A DNA stretch of 61,690 bases. Source: a virus (taxonomy: Duplodnaviria; Caudoviricetes). Position 1 is the stretch's first letter, and each line of letters begins with the position of its first letter. Where the stretch lies: the IMG/VR virus record IMGVR_UViG_3300029986_000019, positions 1-61,690 of that record; one strand, given 5' to 3'. Both the position numbers and the translations under genes were made by a program. Below are positions 9,549 to 18,625 of the stretch, piece by piece. The notes under the pieces are model-generated. The model searched no databases. It was not told the origin of the DNA and was given only the letters and a program-made list of their open reading frames with translations.

Positions 9549-12029
9549 TTATTCCTTTGGTATTAGAAGTCCACTGTCTGTCAATTTGAAATGTCGCTCT
9601 GCAACACTCCATTGATGGTCTATCACATCAACACCTACTGGCATCTTAACGTTTAGCCTTCCATCATTACTTTCCATACGATCTACTATAGACGCTATGA
9701 ATGGTGCAGTAACCAGCTTCTTAGGTGCTTCAACGTACAATGCGTCGTGTATAGTTAAGAGTACTTGTGCATCTGTGTTTGATCTTTCAAGGAAGTCATC
9801 AACTTTGATTAGACTATCCTTCATCATACCAGCAGCACTACCCTGTATCATGTAGCTAACACCACGATACGCAAAGTTACGATCTACCCTTAACTTACGA
9901 TCATACAGAGTTATAATGAAACCATCTTTCTCTGCCTTCTTCGTAAGTTCACGCATGTAGACTTTCATCTCAGGCATGGACGCATTATAGTCTGCATCGA
10001 ACTGTTTAGCTTCGTCTAGAGTACACATTAATAAGTGTGCATAAGAACCAGGTCCGCCACCAAAGATTTTAGCATATGTGATATGTTTACATCGTTGACG
10101 ACTAGCTTCCTTACCTAGAGTATGCTCTGCCTGAATAATGTTGTAATTATTCTCTGCTAACCACTCTTGAACTATACTGTAGATGGTAGGATTATCAGGT
10201 CTATACTTTGCTGCTTTACGTGCAGACCATTCTATCTTCTTCCAGTAGTTGCCAACAGCAGAACCAGAACCCCCACAATGTTCACATATATACCCTAGTT
10301 TGTCTTCTCCATCGCCATTACACTTGTCACAGTTAGATGGACTATCACGGAACAACTCTAGGGCTATGATACCTGCTCTAATGCTATCAGGGTTATCTCT
10401 ACCACCCCATGCCTTCTGTGCCATCTCTTCAAAGATATCACGATCATACTTTAGAGCATCTAGCATCAACGTGATACCGGCTAACTCTGCGAAGATCCTA
10501 CCTTCTTGCTGTGAGAAGTCAAACGCTAACCATACATAACCCTCTCTAGGACCAAATACTTTTTGGCTAGAGTATTTACCACCACCTAGAGACTTTTTAC
10601 CTCCGGCAGTAGCTTGTTGAGGGTTAAAGCCCATTTCACCGCCAGCACTAAAGCGACTAGTCTTTGTACCACATTGGTTAAGGCTAAAGTGTACGACCCA
10701 ATCACCGCCTTTATAGGTGTCGTGCTTTATGTCACCTTTACCGTACTCCCATGGTGTACGTTTGATTATCTCTTTCTCATCACCAAGTATAGGATCAAAG
10801 AATAAACTCTTAGTATGACTTGCACTACGGTACCCAACTAACTCTTTCACAAAAGGGATATACATTAGCTCTTTAAGAGCATCCTTTTCGGTAGTCAGTC
10901 TTGCAGTGCCATCCTCTATACTCTGTGGTGTTCCTTTGTACTTTCCTTTACGTGGGTAATGTGGTTCAATGTTTAGTGTACCTGGGCCACCTTCACCTTC
11001 AGGACCATACATTATTGCTATAAGCTGCTTAGTGCTGCCGGGGCTAAACTCTTGGGCTTTTACCTTTGTTCTACTTACCCGACCTGTAGGCGTAAGTTTA
11101 GGTTCGGGTGGTCCTTCTGGGAATGGATTTAATTTAAGTTCATCAATAATCTGTTCCATAGCTGCTTTATGTTCAGCCATAGCCTCTATACATTTATTGC
11201 TTTCTTCTCTAGCGAGTTCCGGAAAGATCCTTAACCCTCGCTTTTCCATTCTGTTGACTATAGGCCATACTTGACGCATCTCAAGTTCATAGGCTCTACG
11301 TAAATAACCACCCTGTTCCATCTCATCAAACATTACACGTTCATAGTGCCTGTATAGCAGCATGGTTCGGAAACCATCACGTATACAGTAGTTTTTATTT
11401 ATCCCTTCCCAGTGCTCAACGCCGTGATGTTTAGCCATATAAGCAGGTAGCCAGTAATCCTCTTTATAGTTCTCCCCAAGAACGATTAGAGGCATACCTT
11501 CTTTAGCAGCTAGAGTATTGTATCGTCCTGCCATAGTCCTAGCTTGCTTTACAATGTCTGCTAGTTCTTTTTCATCGCTATCATCAACACCTAGCCTTCG
11601 AGCTAAAGGCTTAAGGCCATAGGTGAGTTCCAGTGTGAAGCAAACTCTAGCCATAAACAAAGTGTCTTCAATGGACTTAGCCAGAGCCACAACGTCTATA
11701 CCTACAGTGAGCAACAGCATTATAACGTCAAACTTGCTGTTATGAAAGACTACACGTTTACCTTTAATGGTATCACGTATAAACTTTACATCTCTTTGAT
11801 TAATTTGAGGAATTCTAGTGTGTGGGTTGACTTCCCATTCGCAATAAAATGAGTTACCCTTCTCATCACACATGGTAACAGAGAATACAGCATCTTGTAC
11901 TAACACTCCTTTAAGAAGTCGCTTACCCCACACTGCGACCCCGCAAGTTTCTACGTCCAATGATACAGTATGTTGTGGGTTAAAAAGAGGATATTCTTTA
12001 GAGACAGGTTTCTTTAGCAAGAAACGCAT
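9549..12029 (-). CDS. polA: Family A DNA polymerase with 3'-5' exonuclease
   Basis: Exo motifs LDVET, FHNSKFD and YCIRD; motif A FDFSQQEGR; motif B RQRCKHITYAKIFG; IQGSAA; motif C IHDAL. Confidence 0.93.
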   Translation of the reverse strand: MRFLLKKPVSKEYPLFNPQHTVSLDVETCGVAVWGKRLLKGVLVQDAVFSVTMCDEKGNSFYCEWEVNPHTRIPQINQRDVKFIRDTIKGKRVVFHNSKFDVIMLLLTVGIDVVALAKSIEDTLFMARVCFTLELTYGLKPLARRLGVDDSDEKELADIVKQARTMAGRYNTLAAKEGMPLIVLGENYKEDYWLPAYMAKHHGVEHWEGINKNYCIRDGFRTMLLYRHYERVMFDEMEQGGYLRRAYELEMRQVWPIVNRMEKRGLRIFPELAREESNKCIEAMAEHKAAMEQIIDELKLNPFPEGPPEPKLTPTGRVSRTKVKAQEFSPGSTKQLIAIMYGPEGEGGPGTLNIEPHYPRKGKYKGTPQSIEDGTARLTTEKDALKELMYIPFVKELVGYRSASHTKSLFFDPILGDEKEIIKRTPWEYGKGDIKHDTYKGGDWVVHFSLNQCGTKTSRFSAGGEMGFNPQQATAGGKKSLGGGKYSSQKVFGPREGYVWLAFDFSQQEGRIFAELAGITLMLDALKYDRDIFEEMAQKAWGGRDNPDSIRAGIIALELFRDSPSNCDKCNGDGEDKLGYICEHCGGSGSAVGNYWKKIEWSARKAAKYRPDNPTIYSIVQEWLAENNYNIIQAEHTLGKEASRQRCKHITYAKIFGGGPGSYAHLLMCTLDEAKQFDADYNASMPEMKVYMRELTKKAEKDGFIITLYDRKLRVDRNFAYRGVSYMIQGSAAGMMKDSLIKVDDFLERSNTDAQVLLTIHDALYVEAPKKLVTAPFIASIVDRMESNDGRLNVKMPVGVDVIDHQWSVAERHFKLTDSGLLIPKE

Positions 12030-12059
12030 TTAAATCACTCCCAGAGAAACAACTACAGT

Positions 12060-12299
12060 CTAGACTGTAGACTCTACACTAGATGTCAGAGAAACAGACT
12101 GATCATCAGTTATGATCTTATACATTCTCTTACCAGTGCTTTTACTACTTCTAACTCCATGCTTATTGGTGGCTATATTAGCTGCTTTTAACATCCTTCT
12201 TACAGTCTCAACACAACAACCTAAACTATTGGCTGTCTTAAGTAGAGATCCTTCAGACCTATACATTTGCTCTAGTTGCGTTCTTGTTATTTCTTTCAT
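12060..12299 (-). CDS. Small helix-turn-helix protein
   Basis: LEQMY..EGSLLKTANSLGCCVETVRRMLKAANI HTH pattern; AAGGAG RBS. Confidence 0.7.
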   Translation of the reverse strand: MKEITRTQLEQMYRSEGSLLKTANSLGCCVETVRRMLKAANIATNKHGVRSSKSTGKRMYKIITDDQSVSLTSSVESTV

Positions 12300-12387
12300 A
12301 GTTTTCTCCTTAAAATAAACAACTATAGCCTGTAGGTTTCTTGTTAGGGAAATCCTACAGGCTTGTTTGGCACGTCCATTGCTGAAA

Positions 12388-13464
12388 CTACTCAGCTTCT
12401 TCGTTGCTTGTGTCTTCCGTTAATCGTATAGTCTCTGGGATGACAATGGTAGCTCGATCACGTCCACCAATCTCCCTCTTAAGTTGATGAACAAACTTAC
12501 CAGTTCCATTAGGACTTGGTAACTGTCCGAGATATATACCGTAGACATACCCATCTTTATCAATTCCACTAGCCTGAGAAGACAAAGGTTTAGCCTTGAT
12601 ATCATGAAGATGAATACCCTCAAGATATGATTCCATGTCGTCTTCAGTTTCCCAAGGTGTAGCCTCTAGTTCAGGAATGGGATCTTCCTCAACCTCAATC
12701 ACAGCACTAGCCTTTGGCGTTGACTTAGGAGCAGCCATCATCTCAAGACCCAATGCCTTGGCTAACTTCCGTTTGGTCCTAGCGTTTAGAGTTCCACCAG
12801 TATTAATCCTCATCCACTCTTCGTCATTTAGCACACTCCCTAGAGAAGAGTTCGCTTTGACTTCCCGAATGTTGTCTAAGAATGATCTAGTGCTTAGGAA
12901 GTTCTCTATGTCCTTGTCCGTAGCGTGTGGCTTGATAGCGTTAGGGTTCTCTCTGGTAATGATAGTATTATCAGAACCAAAGATTAGGTCTGGTACATTA
13001 GCCAGCAGCACTGTAGAGATTGCAGTGTGTATAGCCTCTAGGGCAGTATCGCAGACCTTGCTGATTACATGCCATCCAAACTTATCACCACCCCGGTCAA
13101 GTATACTATTCCCAGAGAAACGTTCTGCCTCATCATTCCCATTCATCACAACTTTTTGGATGTTGCAACCACTATAGTCTTGTCCTGCATCTTCTACTAA
13201 ACCCAACACAAAGAAACCATTACGGCTAGACCAGAGTAGAGAGTTTGGGATCAATCTACGTAGACTGTCGTAAGCGTAGTTGATATCGTTGCTGTTGTTC
13301 CATCCGGGGCGTTCAGCTACAGAGTATGCTGCAGCTGTGTATTTATTACCACCCTGAACATCCTTTAGTTGTTCTTCGGATGGTTCAGCAGCAGTTAACG
13401 TGTCCTGCTCATCATATGTCTGTTCTGGATCTGTAATCTTCTTTTTCTTCGTAAACGTAGCCAT
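12388..13464 (-). CDS. Hypothetical protein
   Basis: 358-aa ORF followed by a hairpin at ~12327-12364. Confidence 0.75.
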   Translation of the reverse strand: MATFTKKKKITDPEQTYDEQDTLTAAEPSEEQLKDVQGGNKYTAAAYSVAERPGWNNSNDINYAYDSLRRLIPNSLLWSSRNGFFVLGLVEDAGQDYSGCNIQKVVMNGNDEAERFSGNSILDRGGDKFGWHVISKVCDTALEAIHTAISTVLLANVPDLIFGSDNTIITRENPNAIKPHATDKDIENFLSTRSFLDNIREVKANSSLGSVLNDEEWMRINTGGTLNARTKRKLAKALGLEMMAAPKSTPKASAVIEVEEDPIPELEATPWETEDDMESYLEGIHLHDIKAKPLSSQASGIDKDGYVYGIYLGQLPSPNGTGKFVHQLKREIGGRDRATIVIPETIRLTEDTSNEEAE

Positions 13465-13496
13465 TGTGTTTTCTTATCCCTTTCTGTGGATAGAGT

Positions 13497-14231
13497 TTAG
13501 TCTTGTACTAATAAGGTATGATCGACAGTAACAATAGAAAGTACATCGTCTAAAAAGACTTCCCAAAGATCATCCTCATTAGGATCAGGCTCACTAAAAG
13601 CGTTATCCCTACAGTATAGTGTTCTAACCTTAACACTGTATTCATCATCAGATATTGGATCTAGTACCTCTACTATTGTTCCTGATATAATCCTTCTTAG
13701 TGTAGTGTCAACTTCGGATGTTTCAAAGGTGATGATATCACCTTCTTTAAGTGCCTCTAGATCCCTCTGTGATGGTCTCTGTGGAGTTTCAGGGCTTAAT
13801 CTGGGTAAAGTCTCAGTGTTAATGACTTCAGGTAGTAGTCCGATCTTCACTAGGAACTCTGCCACACCAAAGTCTAGTTCAGCTTCAACTTGTGCAACTA
13901 GAGAAGAACGGCACCATGAAGGTATAGCAGCATCCACTATATTCTTTAAGCACTCATGCTCTTCTTTGGAAAAGCTAACGTGTGGGGTTGCCGCCGTTTC
14001 TTTCTCTGGGATAAGCTCTATCTCTGCTCTGTATACTTTGTGGTGCCGGCCATCATCAGAGTGTACTTCAAAGTTACCATAACCATAATAATGTAGAGTT
14101 CCTTCAACAGTTTCAGGTTCATCAGAAGACATATCGAGCATCTTACCTGCTCTAACCTTTAGTCCTTTTGAAATCCACTCATCAAGTTGTTGAGCTGTAG
14201 GAACTTTAGGTGCAAACTTTTCTTTCGTCAT
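13497..14231 (-). CDS. Protein with two Tudor/KOW/SH3-like barrels
   Basis: KGLKVRA..VEGTL..FEVHSDDGRHHKVYRAEIELI and LKEGDIITF..ISGTIVEV..SVKV..EVFLDDVLSI. Confidence 0.6.
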   Translation of the reverse strand: MTKEKFAPKVPTAQQLDEWISKGLKVRAGKMLDMSSDEPETVEGTLHYYGYGNFEVHSDDGRHHKVYRAEIELIPEKETAATPHVSFSKEEHECLKNIVDAAIPSWCRSSLVAQVEAELDFGVAEFLVKIGLLPEVINTETLPRLSPETPQRPSQRDLEALKEGDIITFETSEVDTTLRRIISGTIVEVLDPISDDEYSVKVRTLYCRDNAFSEPDPNEDDLWEVFLDDVLSIVTVDHTLLVQD

Positions 14232-14246
14232 TGTGGTGCTCCGCGG

Positions 14247-14283
14247 CCAAAAAAGACAGGGCCAGCGTTTAGCCAGCCCTGCC
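14247..14283 (-). terminator. Intrinsic terminator after the SSB-like gene
   Basis: Minus strand GGCAGGGCTGGC-TAAAC-GCTGGCCCTGTC-TTTTTT. Confidence 0.75.
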
Positions 14284-14319
14284 AGTATCTAAGTTAGTGG
14301 TGTTAACCTAGAGACTATA

Positions 14320-15879
14320 CTACTCAGGTTTCATGACGGTGGAAATCTGTTCCCACTTGATCGTCTTTGTAACCGTTCCAGTCTTAACCTTACAGGTTTC
14401 CGCTTTCTCATCAACTGATAGAACAATACCGGTTACAGGTTTCTTGCTACCTACGTTGAGGTACTCTACAGTATCGTCCTTCTCGATACTGTCTGTAGTC
14501 TCTTCTTCGTCTGTTTCGTCGTCACCTTCTTCATCGTCACCTACAGTAATGACTTCGGAAGTTTCAATCTCGTAGATTTCAGCTTTCTTGCCAGTACCTA
14601 CTTTGACGTTCAGGTTTCCACTGTCCTCTATAGAGTCTACGATGCCCGATACCTCTTCATCGTCAAGCATGAAGGAGACTTCATCACCTTCACTGTAGGA
14701 TGCTTCTTCTGCATCTTCGTCACTGTCTTCATCCTCATCATCACTATCGTCTTCGTCTTCACCTTCTTCATCTTCAGAAAGTGTCAACTGAGAGGCTGCA
14801 ATGACTTCAGTAACAGCAACTTCAGTCTTCTTGCCCTTGACGGTCTTTGTGGTAGTCTCACCAGTGTCTACGGTGACTTGCCACTCTTCATCTTCATCCT
14901 GTTCACAAGAGACTACAGTACCGGAATGCTCAGTAGCTACAGTCTTCTTTCCTACCTTCTCTGAAGTAGTCCATGATACAGTTTGGCCTTCTTCAAAAGG
15001 TTCTGCATCCTCATCCTCTTCAGTCTCTTCATCCTCTTCAGCTTCGACAAGCGAGAGTTCAGAGATATCGACAGCAGGATGTGTCTTGCCGTCACTATCC
15101 TTTATCTTGGCTGTTTCAGCCTTCTCGTTAATAGAGATGATGGTTCCTTGGAACTCTACAGTCTTCTTTGCTTTGCCAGCACCTGTTGTGACAGACCATG
15201 AGACTTCAGAACCCTTCTCCAACTCTATAGTCTCTTCTTCTGTTTCATCCTCATCATCATCTTCTTCAACAGTGACGGGAGGCTTAGGTTTAGCTGCACC
15301 AGCTTTCTTCTTCTGGGAAGAGTATACGCCTTCGATAGGCTTTCCAAGTCTAACGTTCTGAGAAGTACCAGACTTGCCGGTTTCTGCATTCTCCCAGTCG
15401 TTAGTCTTGAGTGTAAGCTTGAAGAACTTGTCGGGACCGGAGTACGCATCCTTTAGGATCATCCCCAGGTTACGAATATCGAGTTCATCAGCTTCAATAC
15501 CGGTCAACTTCTCTAACCGTTGTACCAACCATGGGTTGATCAGTGTAGGGTCTTTGCTGTCCATTAACCCAATCCAATCGTAGACTGTCTTCTTGGCATG
15601 AGGGCCGTCCATGATGGTGTGAGTGAAGGTTACTCCTACTCTGTCGCCCTTCTCTGTAGGCTTAGGACCATCGTATCCAGCCTCTAGCACGTCGTATGTG
15701 CCATCTTCAAAGTCAAAGCCTGATTGCTTTGTCTTTTCTACGGTTTGGTCCCACGAACGGGCACCTACTTCCAACAGGGCATCTATGTCAAATGGGTCTG
15801 CTGAAGCTGCTGGTTTCTTTGCGGCGGTGGATGGTTTCGATGCAGTCTTTGCTGCTGTCGATGTCTTAGGTACAGGCAT
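14320..15879 (-). CDS. SSB-like (DUF669-type OB-fold) protein with four Tudor/KOW-like repeats separated by Asp/Glu-rich linkers
   Basis: DFEDGTYDV..VTFTHTIMDGPHAKKTVYDW..FKLTLK..SQNVR resembles phage DUF669 SSBs; lies near Sak4. Start at MPVPK with an AAGGA RBS. Confidence 0.65.
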   Translation of the reverse strand: MPVPKTSTAAKTASKPSTAAKKPAASADPFDIDALLEVGARSWDQTVEKTKQSGFDFEDGTYDVLEAGYDGPKPTEKGDRVGVTFTHTIMDGPHAKKTVYDWIGLMDSKDPTLINPWLVQRLEKLTGIEADELDIRNLGMILKDAYSGPDKFFKLTLKTNDWENAETGKSGTSQNVRLGKPIEGVYSSQKKKAGAAKPKPPVTVEEDDDEDETEEETIELEKGSEVSWSVTTGAGKAKKTVEFQGTIISINEKAETAKIKDSDGKTHPAVDISELSLVEAEEDEETEEDEDAEPFEEGQTVSWTTSEKVGKKTVATEHSGTVVSCEQDEDEEWQVTVDTGETTTKTVKGKKTEVAVTEVIAASQLTLSEDEEGEDEDDSDDEDEDSDEDAEEASYSEGDEVSFMLDDEEVSGIVDSIEDSGNLNVKVGTGKKAEIYEIETSEVITVGDDEEGDDETDEEETTDSIEKDDTVEYLNVGSKKPVTGIVLSVDEKAETCKVKTGTVTKTIKWEQISTVMKPE

Positions 15880-16050
15880 TCTTGTTTCCTTTATAGTAAC
15901 GTAGATGTATCCGAGATGTAGACCAAAGTCTACGAGGTTGCTCATTCTCTGGGAATGAACATGTTTAGTGGCAGTAGTAGTGACCCTATTCTACTCTCTT
16001 AGCTTGTAGACCTACTACCTATACTGGCAATCAACAATAGGACTTACTTT

Positions 16051-16284
16051 CTAGTGTCTAGAGTAGCCTAGATGAATGGTAGTAGCATCGGTCCCAAGTA
16101 CCCGTAGTGGCTGTGTAATAACTCTGCATACATATACTGTGGCTATATTTCCATCCACATCATCTAAGATGCCGAACATTACACATTTAACTCATGTCAT
16201 GATATCGTCATGGGATATGAGCACCACAAAGTCTAGTGGCTCCATTGGACAGTATGACGAACCGACTTATCGGCACGTAAACAT
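16051..16284 (-). pseudogene. Possible decayed small ORF
   Basis: GGAG RBS plus ATG, then MFTCR*VGSSYCPMEPLDFVVLISHDDIMT*VKCVMFGILDDVDGNIATVYV... with two internal stops, filling an otherwise empty gap. Confidence 0.25.
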
Positions 16285-16339
16285 ACTGCACTCCATGTTA
16301 CTTAGCTACTGGGTCTTACCAGCAGTACCACCACAAAGT

Positions 16340-16522
16340 CTAGGCTTTTCGTCGCTTGCAAGTGCATGGGTTGAAACGAGTGCATCCGCAATTGGAACAA
16401 CGGTGAAGGAGATACGTCTCGCTACGAACACCGTGTGTCATATTCTTTAGCCCAAAGTTTGGAGCGGCTTGTCTAGCCTTCTCCCTAGCTGCTTCATACT
16501 TGTTACTCGTTGTGGTTGACAT
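16340..16522 (-). CDS. Small Cys-rich protein
   Basis: CSNCGCTRFNPCTC motif; GGAG RBS. Confidence 0.6.
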   Translation of the reverse strand: MSTTTSNKYEAAREKARQAAPNFGLKNMTHGVRSETYLLHRCSNCGCTRFNPCTCKRRKA

Positions 16523-17039
16523 TGGATTGTTCTTTCTGCATATGCATACCTCGTATGCTGATGATGTCGGAGATGCTTACATGGTGTATTTCTTCCATGA
16601 TAGGCTCTATGGTGATGACACTATGATCATGGGTGATATCGGTGACTTTACCGTGAAGAAGTAAAGTGTTATCTTTTATGAACCTTGCTGCACTAAACTT
16701 GTACTGTACTTCATCACCTACCTTAAGTTTAGATAGGTCTGCTAGCAGTTCCTCAGTCTGCTCTGCTTTCATTCGTTTCTTGTGCTCTTTTTCAGGCAAG
16801 AGAAGAGTTATGCTATCGTCTTGAGGAATGACTTTAGTCTGTACTACTCCATTCCTTACAGGACCAATACTTACAGTTATGGTATCGTTTGTGTAATCAA
16901 TACCCTTTATGGTTCCTATTTTCTCTTCACCGTTATCTGCATATGAGATTGTGTCTCCTACTCTAGCCTCTACATGCTCATAATCATCATCAGCGTAGAT
17001 ATCAGGAGCAGTCATCTCTGTCTCTACTTTACTTTCCAT
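16503..17039 (-). CDS. Protein with two Tudor/KOW-like barrels
   Basis: RVGDTISY..KIGTIKGID..ITV and LKVGDEVQY..HGKVTDI..HVSISDIISI. Confidence 0.65.
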   Translation of the reverse strand: MESKVETEMTAPDIYADDDYEHVEARVGDTISYADNGEEKIGTIKGIDYTNDTITVSIGPVRNGVVQTKVIPQDDSITLLLPEKEHKKRMKAEQTEELLADLSKLKVGDEVQYKFSAARFIKDNTLLLHGKVTDITHDHSVITIEPIMEEIHHVSISDIISIRGMHMQKEQSNVNHNE

Positions 17040-17944
17040 TTAGCTTTCCTTGTAGACAATTCCGGCACACGGTTTAGTATGCAAGGATCATCTTGTTTGT
17101 TGTTGTACGCAGCCATAAAGTTTGCGTAACTCTCATCAGCACTGTCACCCATTGGTATGGCAAATACTTGCTCACCATCAGGAGTTAGGAAATGGTCGGG
17201 TATCCTACACTTTGCAAAGACGTTATCACTGCCTCTAATTATCAGGTAGCGTTCGCCATTAACATAAGTGTAGCACATGACTAAATCGCAGAAACCATCT
17301 AAGAACTCTCTACCTCGTTTCTCGGTATAGCCTATCATCTTAGTAGACTTTATACCTGTTACCTTCTCAAACTCTTCATACTTAGAGTGAGAGATAAACA
17401 TAGCTCCACGACCAGAGCCTGTAATCTTTAGGATGGCTTTACGGAATGTAGCAACATGGCGCTTATTACCAACATTATACCCTAGCTTGCCAGAGTTTAT
17501 ATCAGCTTCACCTGCTGCTTCATAAATGTCTTGGGCACAAAGATCCCACGCAAAATCTGCGGTGTCATGAATTACATTATCATACTTACCGGAACCTATA
17601 AGGTTGTCTATTGCCTTGTCATATTGTGCCCAATGAACGAATTGTCCTTGCCGTGGTATACGTGGTATTTGTAGCCACTCTGCACCCGGCTCAAACATCA
17701 TATGGATAGCCTTTGGAAACTTAGAGCTAAACTCTGTTTTCCCTATGCCACTTTCTCCATATAGGTAGATTGCTGCTGTAGCTAATGTCTTGCTTACTGG
17801 AACAGGTCCATCTGGTATTGACAAGTCCATCTCATCATCAATAACTCTTTGACGTGTTGAGCTGGATACCCTAGTGGATACCCTAGTGTTCGTGGTCGAG
17901 GGCTTACCACCTGTCTTTACTACGGACCTTTTTACAGTTACCAT
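17024..17944 (-). CDS. Sak4-like AAA_24 ATPase / ssDNA annealing protein
   Basis: YLYGESGIGKT Walker A; VIHDT Walker B; MFISHS; DLVMCY; FAKCR. Confidence 0.8.
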   Translation of the reverse strand: MVTVKRSVVKTGGKPSTTNTRVSTRVSSSTRQRVIDDEMDLSIPDGPVPVSKTLATAAIYLYGESGIGKTEFSSKFPKAIHMMFEPGAEWLQIPRIPRQGQFVHWAQYDKAIDNLIGSGKYDNVIHDTADFAWDLCAQDIYEAAGEADINSGKLGYNVGNKRHVATFRKAILKITGSGRGAMFISHSKYEEFEKVTGIKSTKMIGYTEKRGREFLDGFCDLVMCYTYVNGERYLIIRGSDNVFAKCRIPDHFLTPDGEQVFAIPMGDSADESYANFMAAYNNKQDDPCILNRVPELSTRKAKWKVK

Positions 17945-17997
17945 TTATTCTCACTTTCTTTTGTGGGGAAAATTAATCTCAATAGAGTGTAGACTTG

Positions 17998-18112
17998 TCG
18001 AGGGAGCAGGACTTGAACCTGCAATTGAAGATGCTAACATAACTGATCAAGAGGATAGCTTATCTTCACTAGACCCTAAGTCTAGCGTGTATTACCATTT
18101 CACCATCCCTCG
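17998..18112 (-). tRNA. trnL: tRNA-Leu(UAG) with a 46-nt variable arm
   Basis: Acceptor CGAGGGA/TCCCTCG plus discriminator A; D arm GTG/CAC; anticodon arm CTAGA-CTTAGGG-TCTAG; T arm GCAGG-TTCAAGT-CCTGC; no encoded CCA. Confidence 0.85.
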
Positions 18113-18283
18113 CTAAAGTCTATATTGCACTTATTGGATCACATCAGTCACTCTACGTCGTGTATTCCATCAGACTAAACGCTAGGACTGTTTGTTTCGT
18201 AATGAACAACTAAGTCTAAAGTCTAGCCCGGTACCCTGCGCCTATCGGAGTGCTTACGGCGTGCTTGCCGAACGAACAGGGAT

Positions 18284-18343
18284 AGTATAATCCATTCCGA
18301 TTAAAATGTCAAGGGATTTTGAAAAATAATTCTTCTTAGATGG
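18284..18343 (-). promoter_or_regulatory. sigma70 promoter with conserved upstream block
   Basis: TTGACA (18307-18312)-17 nt-TATACT (18284-18289); upstream ~30 nt nearly identical to those of the 26687 promoter. Confidence 0.85.
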
Positions 18344-18373
18344 GAAACAGCCATTTTTAGGTGGCGCCTTGCA

Positions 18374-18622
18374 TCATTTCGAATATAAGCATTGTTGGCA
18401 GACTTCTTCACTATCTAGTGCTCTATTGACACTAGACTTTACAGTAACTGTTCTATTTGGCTGACATAGAGTATAGGTTACTGTATAACCTAACATACCT
18501 AGAAATAAATCACTCTCTTTACTTACGTGTACTTTATTGTCTTCCTTTATAGTTACGAAGATCTTTCCTTTAGGTGCCAACAACACTTCTTCTTTTGGTT
18601 CATGTGTTACATTGTTTTTCAT
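18374..18622 (-). CDS. Hypothetical protein
   Basis: 82 aa, GAGGA RBS. Confidence 0.6.
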   Translation of the reverse strand: MKNNVTHEPKEEVLLAPKGKIFVTIKEDNKVHVSKESDLFLGMLGYTVTYTLCQPNRTVTVKSSVNRALDSEEVCQQCLYSK

Positions 18623-18625
18623 TTA

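Noticed and set aside
10200-10400. Intein in PolA
   Set aside because: The insertion is short and lacks intein terminal (C/S...HN) and homing-endonuclease motifs; it is a zinc finger.
18165-18205. Hammerhead-like GAAAC..GTC..CTGATG upstream of the tRNA
   Set aside because: The core reads CUGAUGG and stems I and III do not pair properly.
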